Below, piece after piece: positions 11,738 through 25,492 of a DNA stretch of 33,064 bases. Made by a program: the position numbers and the translations under genes. The notes under the pieces were generated by a model. It had not been told where the DNA came from. It worked only from the letters and a program-made list of their open reading frames with translations, and made no database searches. This DNA comes from Macrostomum lignano (Eukaryota), in assembly GCA_002269645.1 (NCBI GenBank), contig NIVC01004859.1:1-33064 (forward strand), in the 5' to 3' direction. Positions within the stretch are counted from its first letter, which is position 1, and each line of letters begins with the position of its first letter.

Positions 11738-12799
11738 TCAGAATCGGGTCAGCATCTCCGCCCCGACCACCACCGAGAGGCCAATCGGCAAGGAGCGCAG
11801 TAGTTGGGCAACGGGCAGCGGCCCGAGCACGTCTTCATCCGCCTCATCATCATCAGCCTCCTGCTCGAAGGGCTGCGGCTGCGACGGCAGCTGAAGATTT
11901 CCAACGCACCGGGCCGAGGGCAGGGCCGAGAAGCCAGGGATGGTGGCGGCTATTCTTTTCGAGTCCTCAATGGTTGCCATGGCAACTCCGAGATTTATGT
12001 GCGCCGGGGAGACGCGGACGATGGAGGCGAAGCGGTGCCAGGCCAGGCGGACTTCGCGCAGTGGCTGGCGGAGGCTGGAGTAGTGGCACGAAGAGGAGGA
12101 CGGGCACGAGGCTGCGAACTCGGCAGAGGCGGCGTCAACGCTGAGCACCTGCTCCTCAGGCAGCCGCAGAGGGCTGCCGGCCCCGCGAAGGGCGGCGTAT
12201 TCAGCCTTTGCGAAGGCCGCGGACGCCACGCCGCAGCAGTGCACGAAGCTGCTGCCGCGTAAAATGTCTTCAGCGATGGCGCCGAGGCAGGCGGTGAGGC
12301 GGACGGCATCGAAGGCATCGGCAGCGGCAGAGGCGGAGGCGGCCGGAACTGGCAGCGCTGACGGTGACGGTTTTGACGGCAGCTGCTGCAGGCGGGCAGC
12401 GGCAGCCCCCCGAGGCTGCCTTCGTGCCAGCAGGGAGTTCAGCAGCCGCTCGCAGGTTCGCGGGTCGCCGCAGCGATCTCGGTACCGGACGGTGAGGCGG
12501 CTGCAGTCAGGCTGCTCCACGCCGCTGTCGCTGTAGATTCGAACTCGGCACTGAGTGAGCAGCTCGATGGCGCGCAGCTGCGGGTCTGTGGTCCGCTGCA
12601 GCAGCTGGAAGCAATCAGCGGGCATCAGGAACTGCTCCGTCCGCCACCCTGGCGAGTCCTCATCCCGCGGCGGTGACTGGACCGGCTTCATCGCCGACGG
12701 CAGCGGAGGTGGCATCGGCGGCGTGGCGGAGGTCGTCCACGAATCCTTGGTGAGCTGCATGAAAAACTTGCGCGGTTTTGGCGCCTTCTTGGCTGGCAT
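11738..12799 (-). CDS. Intronless 353-aa protein of uncertain family (degenerate KH-like N-terminal domain; possible degenerate 2OG-Fe(II) oxygenase-like C-terminal domain)
   Basis: Uninterrupted ATG-to-stop ORF with high GC3 and no repeat content. The domain guesses come from visual pattern comparison only. Confidence 0.7.
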   Translation of the reverse strand: [353 protein letters not shown]

Positions 12800-12955
12800 T
12801 TTCGGGGTGCCACTCGAGCTGGGGGCTGCGGCTGAGCTGCTGCAGGCCTGCGGGTGTCTGCGCAGCTGTCTATGGCAGAAATGTGAGAGTTCGTCTGGTA
12901 CATCTGGGTTGCGTTTTGGGTGGCTTATTCTGGCTTTTCAATTTTTTCTTTTCAG

Positions 12956-13506
12956 TATGAGGCACGGGAGAGTCAGCGCCAGCGGGTGCTGATCGAGGTG
13001 GCCCAGCAACAACTTGGCGTCTCTGGCGCAGGGAGACGCTGACGGCCCGCCTCATCAGGTCTCTGGACGACAGCATCTCGAAAGTGATGCATACCCGGGG
13101 CGTACCGCAGCAGGGACCTGCGTCCATCGATTGCTTTCTCAAACTGCAGATAGTACAATGGGGTTGAAATTCTCTAACTGCCATGCATTCATTCGTTTTG
13201 GGCTTGGGCGAATAACTTCTATGCCATAAGCCCTTGGTGAATAAATTTATTATCTGGATTGTCAGCAACAAGCTACCTGTAAGAATAATTATACGGATAA
13301 AAATGCATGCAATGTTGATCAGCTTAGTTCAGATAAAAAGGCTCACGGAGGTTGGATCGCGGAGGTTTAAAGTTCAACAGCGAATAACAACTCGTATTGC
13401 TTCGATTGCATGCATTGGAGAAGCACCGGATGAACTGGCAGTAAAAAAAACATTCGAGCAAGCACTGGCTATAAACTGTGGCATTGTCAAGCGAGTCAAT
13501 CTATGA
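12956..13506 (+). CDS. Candidate small plus-strand gene (exons 12956-13152 and 13333-13506), requiring one homopolymer correction
   Basis: Strong acceptor TTTTTTCTTTTCAG ends at 12955. Codons are GC3-rich (YEARESQRQRVLIEVAQQQLG...TLTARLIRSLDDSISKV). Adding one G in GCAGGGAG (~13029) joins the two frames. The phases match a second exon ending at stop 13506. The start codon is unresolved. Confidence 0.4.
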
Positions 13507-13524
13507 AGTCGTTCAGCCCGCAGC

Positions 13525-17110
<3,586 letters not shown>

Positions 17111-17249
17111 CTGCTAGGGAGGAGCCTCCCTAAGGTTTCGCAGGTTTCGCACAGTTTTTTATGCACCTCTGTGCTGCGCTGCTGCGAGCGGCGGCTGGGG
17201 CGGGAGAGGCAGGCCGGACCGGGGAGGCGGTCGCACCGGGTGAGCTGAG

Positions 17250-17365
17250 TGTCTCTAATTATAGCCGCTGCTGGGACTGAAGGAGGCCGCGGGACGAACA
17301 GAAGCGGCTACACTGGTGAACGCGGGCAGCGCCGCCTTCTCTATTCTTTCTCAGGCCAATCCGAA
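17250..17365 (-). promoter_or_regulatory. Putative core promoter of SLC10 copy A
   Basis: TATA-like CTATAATT (minus strand, 17257-17264) and CCAAT at 17356-17360. The spacing resembles that at 3929-4048. Confidence 0.35.
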
Positions 17366-17554
17366 CTGGGCTCGGAGCTGCGAGCGTAGAAGTGCATTCG
17401 CTAAGTGGGGCTGGAGTTCGTTGCACGGTGGCAGTTTCTTGTAAGCAAAGACTGACGCGTGAAGGTGAGACTTTCGCGTTTCAAGATGTTCTTTAATAAA
17501 CTAATCAAGGGCCAATGGGTCAATAAGCTAAAAGTAACGAATGGGAGTCTACAG

Positions 17555-18635
17555 AATCGGAATCCACCAACTCGGAATCCACCAACTCGGAATCCACCAA
17601 CTCGGAATCCACCAACTCGGAATCCACCAACTCGGAATCCACCAACTCGGAATCCACCAACTCGGAATCCACCAACTCGGAATCCACCAACTCGGAATCC
17701 ACCAACTCGGAATCCACCAACTCGGAATCCACCAACTCGGAATCCACCAACTCGGAATCCACCAACTCGGAATCCACCAACTCGGAATCCACCAACTCGA
17801 AATCCACCAACTCGGAACCTACCAACTCGAAATCCACCAGCTCGGAATCTACCAACTCGAAATCCACCAACTCGGAACCTACCAACTCGAAATCCACCAG
17901 CTCGGAATCTACCAACTCGAAATCCACCAACTCAGAATCTACCAACTAGGAATCTACCAACTCGGAATCTACCAACTCGGAATCTACCAACTCGGAATCT
18001 ACCAACTCGGAATCTACCAACTCGGAATCTACCAACTCGAAATCCACCAACTCAGAATCTACCAACTAGGAATCTACCAACTCGGAATCTACCAACTCGG
18101 AATCTACCAACTCGGAATCTACCAACTCGAAATCCACCAACTCAGAATCTACCAACTAGGAATCTACCAACTCGGAATCTACCAACTCGGAATCTACCAA
18201 CTCGGAATCTACCAACTCGGAATCTACCAACTCGGAATCTACCAACTCGGAATCTACCAACTCGGAATCTACCAACTCGGAATCTACCAACTCGGAATCT
18301 ACCAACTCGGAATCTACCAACTCGGAATCTACCAACTCGGAATCTACCAACTCGGAATCTACCAACTCGGAATCTACCAACTCGGAATCTACCAACTCGG
18401 AATCTACCAACTCGGAATCTACCAACTCGGAATCTACCAACTCGGAATCTACCAACTCGGAATCTACCAACTCGGAATCTACCAACTCGGAATCTACCAA
18501 CTCGGAATCTACCAACTCGGAATCTACCAACTCGGAATCTACCAACTCGGAATCTACCAACTCGGAATCTACCAACTCGGAATCTACCAACTCGGAATCT
18601 ACCAACTCGGAATCTACCAACTCGGAATCTACACC
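17555..18635. repeat. 15-bp minisatellite (GGAATCYACCAACTC), intergenic
   Basis: About 70 units, with the CC variant on the left and the CT variant on the right. Confidence 0.98.
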
Positions 18636-18658
18636 AACCTATTAAAGATATACAAAAT

Positions 18659-18944
18659 TAATAATAATAATGATTTCACCTGCCCTAATGCAGGTGTTCA
18701 GCCGCTCAGCCGCAGCTATTGCGCAGCGAATCTGAAGGCAGCGTACGGCTGTTCAGTCCAATGACTGGGGGGTCGCCACACACCTTTAATTACCCTAGCT
18801 AATGCTGGCACCTATTTTACAGTGAACTGAAGCAAAGCAGAGTTGCTTCTTGCTCAAGGACCCAAATTGCTTCGAGTGGGTCGAGAATCGAACCCCCGAC
18901 CTTCAAGTCGCGAGTCCGACCCTCTGACCACTAGGCTACAACCC
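18659..18944 (-). mobile_element. tRNA-derived SINE with CORE-like central block and (ATT)n tail
   Basis: Minus strand: A-box TAGCCTAGTGG (18928-18938) and B-box GGTTCGATTC (18885-18894) in a degenerate cloverleaf. These are followed by GTCCTTGAGCAAG...CTTCAGTTCACTGTAAAATAGG and a 3' ATTATTATTAA tail. No clear target-site duplication. Confidence 0.75.
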
Positions 18945-19231
18945 GATCCAGTTGTAACAAATTAGAATCTACCAAAAAAAATTTACCATCAGAATTAAAA
19001 ATTGTAAAAATTTCGCAATTTATTCATGTCAGAAGGCCGCCTGAATGACAGGCTGTACATGGCTCGAATCCTTTGCTTCGATTTAGTCTTTACGAGTAAT
19101 TTCTCATAACAGCTTGCATTAAAACCACTTGATATTACGATCATCTTAAATTTCAAATGGTAGGCTGAGTCTATTACAATACCACGAGCTGCCTACACAT
19201 AATAAGTTGCCTGAGATTGTTTTACTTGACA

Positions 19232-19545
19232 ATGGACTATGGCTTTCACAATTGCATTGGACCACAGACTACGGCTTTCACAATTGCATTGGACCACAGA
19301 CTACGGCTTTCACAATTGCATTGGACCATAGACTACGGCTTTCACAATTGCATTGGACCACAGACTACGGCTTTCACAATTGCATTGGACCACAGACTAC
19401 GGCTTTCACAATTGCATTGGACCATAGACTATGGCTTGCGAGATTGCATTGGACCATAGACTATGGTTTACAAGATTGCATTGGACCATAGACTATGGCT
19501 TGTAAGATTGCATTGGACCATAGACTATGGCTTTCACGATTACAT
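19232..19545. repeat. 32-bp minisatellite (GACTACGGCTTTCACAATTGCATTGGACCACA)
   Basis: About 9-10 tandem units, degenerating rightwards. Confidence 0.95.
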
Positions 19546-19700
19546 TTGACGATAAACGGAATCGGGTGCCGGTTAAGATCAAAGATGAGATCAGACTTTA
19601 GCCAACATCGGCCAAGCAACCTCATCCTAAAGGGGTTTGCAAAGCAAGAGTCAATCCTTCTTAGGTATATTTAAAACTCCTGTTGCTTTGACTACATTGT

Positions 19701-22700
19701 CTAATTTTCCGTAAAGTTCTCTCCTTGGCGGGTTTGTTGGTCGCACGCATCTTCATCAGCCACCGCATTCGCTGCCATGCCAGCATTCGGCTCAGACTCT
19801 CCAGCCTCGCAGTCTCCGTCAGCGTCTCCTTTGCCTCGATCGTCGGCGATCCCGTCGACGCCCTTCAGCTCATAGCTGCCGGACCTGCCCTCGCCGTCCT
19901 CGCCGGCCTTGCAGCGCTTCCAGATCCGGTAGGCTGCCACAGTGAAGTACAGCGGCACCGGAGTGAGGATGGTGGCCGCCACCGGCACGATGCTGGCGAT
20001 GTCGCCCTCCGGCTTGGCCATGGAGAACAGCAGCAGCTGGATGGGGATCCCGGCATTCTGGACGCCGCACTCCAGCGCCACGGCTGTGGACTGCGGCCGC
20101 GGCAGTCGGAAGGCCATTGTGACAAAAAAACCCGAGAGTGAAGCCCAGCCAGGGCAGCATGCCGGCGAACGGGATCACGATGGGGAATTTCACTGCAAAT
20201 GCAGATCAGGGGTCCGAATTCACTCACGAGGCCTGTAGTTTACAGGTGTCGCCCTATGAACAGAGTGCAGATTAAGATTGCCTAAATGAGTCGGCAGTGA
20301 AGAACACTGGAACTCATCAGTGTGTAACCTCAAGCGTGGCTAAAGCTAGATTATGAGTGCAAAGAATCTATAGAAGAAGATTATTCGAGAACATTGGCTG
20401 TCGCCTTAGCAGATCGATGCTGTTTCGGATTCGTTCAACTTTATTTCACGGGCTGCTGCTTTAATTTTAACGAGTTTGGATATCCAGGAATTCCGGCTTC
20501 CCAGCACAGGCCCTGGCTGATAATTACCCCCGGCCTCTTAAATTAGTCTGCTAGCTTTGATAATTACCCCCGGCCTGTTAAATCAGTCTGCTAGCTTTGA
20601 TAATTACCCCCGGCCTCTTAAAATTAGCCTGCTAGCTTTGATAATTACCCCCCGGCCTCTTAAATCAGTCTGCTAGCTTTGATAATTACCCCCGGCCTCT
20701 TAAATCAGTCTGCTAGCTTTGATAATTACCCCCCCCCCCGGCCTCTCAAACCAGTCTGCTAGCTTTGATAATTACCCCGGCCACTCAAATCAGTCTGCTA
20801 GCTTTGATAATTACCCCCCCCCCGGCCTCTCAAACCAGTATGCTAGCTTTGATAATTACCCCCGGCCTCTTAAATCAGTCTGCTAGCTTTGATAATTACC
20901 CCCGGCCTCTTAAATCAGTCTGCTAGCTTTGATAATTACCCCGGGCCTCTCAAATCAGTCTGCTAGCTTCATGACATGGATTGACGCTTGTATGTGCATG
21001 ATCAATTCCCGCGCAGCTCACCCAGCAGCTCCAGCAGGTAAAAGTACACGTACGAGCCGAGCCCGGCTACCGTGAGAATGAAGAGAATCGCCAAGGGCCC
21101 GATGGCCTTCGTGAGCTTCTTGGCGAACTGCGGCCATTTGTAGCGCACCAGGACGCCGAGAGCCAGAGGCACCACGGACTGCAGCAGCGTGTAGGCCACC
21201 TGGTCGAACGGGATTCGAACCTGGTCCGGGTCGATGTACAGCCGGCCGTAGACAAACAGCCACAGCGGCATCATGACTGGGGAGGTAGGGGAAGACTCAG
21301 CTCATTGTGAGCAACAATCCAGAGCAGTGGGGCCTACATGAGCGGCTCAGAACTCACAGAAGGCGCAGATGCTGCTGAAGAAGGTCATGGTCATGCTGAG
21401 GTCAAGGTCACCGTCCAGCAGGTAAGTCCACATGTTGCTGCCGCCACCGCCAGGTGAGCAGGCGTAGGTCAGGAGGCCGAAGGCCAGCGCCTTCGGACTG
21501 GGGAAGCTGGAGAACTGGGCCAGGGCAAGCAGGAGCAGCTGGCCCACTGCCAGGCCGAGCTGCGGATTTGGTGAGTTGAGAATTTCTTAATAGCTTTTGC
21601 CGCTCGAGAACGGAGCAATGGTGAGGACATTGGTCACGTGACAATCTGCGGAAATTATGGGTGGCCATAAATCAGGACAGTCGATGATTTCAATGGCATC
21701 TTAGAGGAGGCCTGATGTTTTTAACATTTCCATACAAAGGATTGCTGAACCTTCGGTTATCATTATCAATGGTCACTAATATTATTAGTTTACTTAATAA
21801 GTCTTTAAGCTTTATTGGTTTACTAAAGTATCAGACGCTCAGCACAAAATATCAAAATTACGGACCTTCGGGACCTTCGGGACCTTCGGGACCTTCGGGA
21901 CCTTCGGGACCTTCGGGACCTTCGGGACCTTCGGGACCTTCGGGACCTTCGGGACCTTCGGGACCTTCGGGACCTTCGGGACCTTCGGGACCTTCGGGAC
22001 CTTCGGGACCTTCGGGAACTCCGGGACCTTCGGGGCCTTCGGGACCTTCAGGGTCTTTAGGGTCTTCAGGACCTTCGGGACCTTCGGGACCTTCGGGACC
22101 TTCGGGACCTTCGGGACCTTCGGGGTCTTCAGGGTCTTCAGGACCTTCGGTACCTTCGGGGTCTTCAGGGTCTTCAGGACCTTCGGGACCTTCGGGACCT
22201 TCAGGGTCTCAGGATCTTCGGGACATCTTAGGGGTCCTCGAGACCTTCAATGCAAAAATTAAGACTGAGTTTTCCAACTCATGTTTGCCAGAGAGTTGCT
22301 ACTGAAACTTATTGCGCAGTCAACGGAGAGCCGGCAAGTGAACAGTAGCGGACTGAATTACCGCCAAATTGCAACATAGAAATCACTCTGGTAAGGCAAA
22401 ACTAACTGAACAGCTGCAATGACTCGAGCTAAGCAACAGAGTCACCGGTCTCACCTGCTCGGCAAGCATAGCCTGTCAATAACTGATTAATTAACCATTG
22501 CACCAAAAAGCATGTAGCAAAAACATTCATTAGCAAAATCACCGCCTGGCATTGCGCATCATACTACTTTTGAAGTAGCTGCTTGTGTATTAAATGACTT
22601 TTGGCAGTTTGCTTAGCATAGCCACTTAGTCGCCTTGAACAATGTCCCTAAGGCAGATCACGATATGTTCCTCTGTTCTCCGTGTTCCAGGCATCGCCAA

Positions 22701-23683
22701 GATTCCCGCGGCCTCTTCGGTGTCGAGAATACAGAGAAAGCATCGGATCTCCAATACTTTCAGGCCTCTGAATCTCTGCCTGCTCGTCAGCTAACTGAGG
22801 GCTACCTGGCCAGCCAACATCAACCTCCTGGACTGTCCGGCAGGGGCTTGGGGCTGCATCTGCACACACCGGAGTCCCAGCAGCTGAGTCCAGTACATGT
22901 ACTCGTAAATCATGCTCAACAGAGCAGCTCAGCGGTAAATGCGTCTCACTCTCGCGCCAGGACCCCTGGTTCGATTCCGTCAGCAGCCGCATTCATTTGG
23001 CGCTTGACCCATCAGGACCAGTCCCCAAGGCACGGAGAGTGCATATGCCTGACGATTAGAAAGTCAGGGCCGCTGAGCACCCTCTGCGCGGGCCTGCGTT
23101 CAGTATTGGCGCGCTAATGCGCTAGTGGGACCATGTCGCCTAAGGCGTTGCGCCAGACTGCCCGAGAACCTGCAATTATTGCTACTGTTATCAAGTCAAG
23201 CCTCAGCGGCGGCTGCTCACATGCGGCATGAGCAGGAACTGGCACGCCCACCCGATGCTGAGGGCCACCGGCCGCTTCACCAGCCGCAGCACCACGCGCA
23301 GCTCGATGCTGTTGCCCATGCAGAACACGATGGCCACCACGAGGATGATGAGAAGGACTCGGTAGGCCAGCTCCAACCGCCCGGAAGGCTGCAGGACGGT
23401 GAGCTGCAGCCGGCCCGACGCCGCCCCGTCCGTGCAGCTGAGGTCCGTCCAGCCGAACTTGTGCCCCATCAGCTGCATGGAGACGGTCCAGTTTCCCTCG
23501 CCGACAGCCGACCAGTTGGCCGCCGACTGCAGGCTGGCGATGCTGGAGTCGGCGACCGAGCAGTTGAGGCCGCCTGCGGCAGCGTCCACGGAGCTGGCGG
23601 AGATGTTGGCCAGCAGCGCGGAGCCGACGTCCAGGACGAGCGGCGTCGGCTGTGAGCTGAGCTGTATTGCGCAGAGTTTCCCG
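19701..23683 (-). CDS. SLC10-family transporter, copy B (one apparent +1 homopolymer frameshift)
   Basis: Exons are 23221-23683 (463), 21358-21559 (202), 21022-21276 (255) and 19701-20192, with the same internal exon sizes and motifs as copy A. An A7 run at 20124-20130 would restore the frame (LGFFVTMAF) if it were A6. The ATG used in A and C is ATA here. Confidence 0.88.
20518..20970. repeat. ~40-bp minisatellite (GATAATTACCCCCGGCCTCTTAAATCAGTCTGCTAGCTTT), in SLC10-B intron
   Basis: About 11 units with a variable C-run length. Confidence 0.95.
21861..22222. repeat. 9-bp minisatellite (GGACCTTCG), in SLC10-B intron
   Basis: About 40 units, pure on the left and degenerate on the right. Confidence 0.95.
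22918..22990 (+). other. Degenerate tRNA-like sequence (probable second SINE head or tRNA pseudogene) in SLC10-B intron
   Basis: A-box-like CAGCTCAGCGG (22925-22935) and B-box GGTTCGATTCC (22968-22978) at tRNA-like spacing (43 bp). The stems pair poorly. Confidence 0.5.
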
Positions 23684-24665
23684 CTGTTAAAAGTGCTCGC
23701 TTGGATTATGCGCCCCGGTTTCGGAGGCTGGGCCTGCAGTCTGACAAAGCCGGGGCCGCAGCAGCAGCAAAATTCTATTTTTATGTCAGAGGGCCGCAGA
23801 TAGCCATGAAGAAGGTAAACAGAGATCGTAAGCACACAACAGAGAGTTGTGTGCTCTCGGGCTGGTTGCGCAGCGCTCGGCGTACGTGGAGCTTGCAGAA
23901 CAATGCCTGCCTGGCATGGGTTCGGCCAGGCCTTCTCGAATTTGTGCCTGAAAGCTGGCTGCTTAAGTGCATCTCAAGATGGACAAGAAAGTGAAGATTT
24001 GAAGATTTGCTTTTCCGTTGGAGGGACGCTCGCTGCTTTTAATAAAGCTCGAGATGAAAAAATTAAAGTACATAAGCAAAATTAATATTTGCAGAAACTG
24101 AATAAAGCATCGAAGTGTATAAACTATCCGAAATCTGATAGAGCAAGCAGGCGTGGATCTCTGTCGTACAAAAATTTGGGATTTTGCACTGTAGCATGCA
24201 GTCTTTGTGCTGTCTGCGGGCTGATATCTACGGCTGCTTCGCCGCCTCGCCGTCCGCAGCGACTCGCCCGCGACCGCCCTGCAGCTCCAGCTTGGCAGTC
24301 GACGTCTTTCTCCTCACCGTCCTCGCCGTCCTTGCAGCGCTTCCAGATCCGGTAGGCTGCCACAGTGAAGTACAGCGGCACCGGAGTGAGGATGGTGGCC
24401 GCCACCGGCACGATGCTGGCGATGTCGCCCTCCGGCTTGGCCATGGAGAACAGCAGCAGCTGGATGGGGATCCCGGCATTCTGGACACCGCACTCCAGCG
24501 CCACGGCTGTGGACTGCGGCCGCGGCAGGCGGAAGGCCATCGTGATGAAGTAGCTGAGGAGGAAGCCGAGCCAGGGCAGCATGCCGGCGACCGGGATCAC
24601 GATGGGGAATTTCACTGCAAATGAAGAGGGGATGCGGTGGTAGTGGGCTGCAACAGCATTGGTGA

Positions 24666-24940
24666 TCCCCAGCTCATAATCCCCAGCTCATAATCCCCAG
24701 CTCATAATCCCCAGCTCATAATCCCCAGCACAGAATCCCCAGCACATAATCCCCAGCTCAGAATCCCCAGCACATAATCCCCAGCTCAGAATCCCCAGCA
24801 CATAATCCCCAGCTCAGAATCCCCAGCACATAATCCCCAGCTCAGAATCCCCAGCACATAATCCCCAGCACAGAATCCCCAGCTCAGAATCCCCAGCTCA
24901 GAATCCCCAGCACATAATCCCCAATTCATAATCTCCAGCT
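24666..24940. repeat. 14-bp minisatellite (ATAATCCCCAGCTC), in SLC10-C intron
   Basis: About 19 units running directly into the donor at 24939-24943. Confidence 0.95.
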
Positions 24941-25249
24941 CACCCAGCAGCTCCAGCAGGTAGAAGTACACGTAGGAGCCGAACCCGGCAACCGTGAGCA
25001 CGAACAGAACAGACAGCGGCCCGATGGCCTTCGTCAGCTTCTTGGCGACCCGCGGCCACTTGTGGCGCACCAGGACGCCCAGCACGAGCGACACCACGGA
25101 CTGCAGCAGCGTGTAGGCCACCTGGTCGAACGGGATCAGCACCTGCTCCGACTCGATGAACAGCCGGCCGTAGGCGAACAGCCACAGCGGCATCATGACT
25201 GCGGGATCGGGGATTTGGGAGCAACGTCTGATTGATCACTTTTGGTTCA

Positions 25250-25492
25250 TGAATGATTCCGGTCTGATTCCGGACTGATTCCGGTCTGATTCGGTCTGAT
25301 TCCGGTCTGATTCCGGATTGATTCCGGACTGATTCCGGACTGATTCCGGTCTGATTCGGTCTGATTCCGGTCTGATTCCGGTCTGATTCCGGTCTGATTC
25401 CGGATTGATTCCGGTCTGATTCCGGACTGATTCCGGACTGATTCGGTCTGATTCCGGTCTGATTCCGGTCTGATTCCGGTCTGATTCCGGTC
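25250..25492. repeat. 11-bp minisatellite (TGATTCCGGTC/TGATTCCGGAC), in SLC10-C intron
   Basis: About 22 units with 10-bp deletion variants. Confidence 0.95.

Noticed and set aside
17459-18764. 400-aa TRNPP/TRNLP and LGIYQ repeat ORFs
   Set aside because: They reflect a 15-bp satellite open in multiple frames, with no unique coding context.
18872-18945. Functional tRNA gene
   Set aside because: The D, anticodon and T stems pair poorly, there is no oligo-T terminator, and it continues into a SINE body and tail.
19232-19545. 32-bp repeat as a possible CRISPR array
   Set aside because: Head-to-tail tandem units without spacers make it a minisatellite.
21715-22305. Collagen-like (Gly-Pro-Ser)n ORF
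   Set aside because: It is a 9-bp DNA repeat with no synonymous variation over most of its length, AT-rich non-coding flanks, and a position antisense within an SLC10-B intron.
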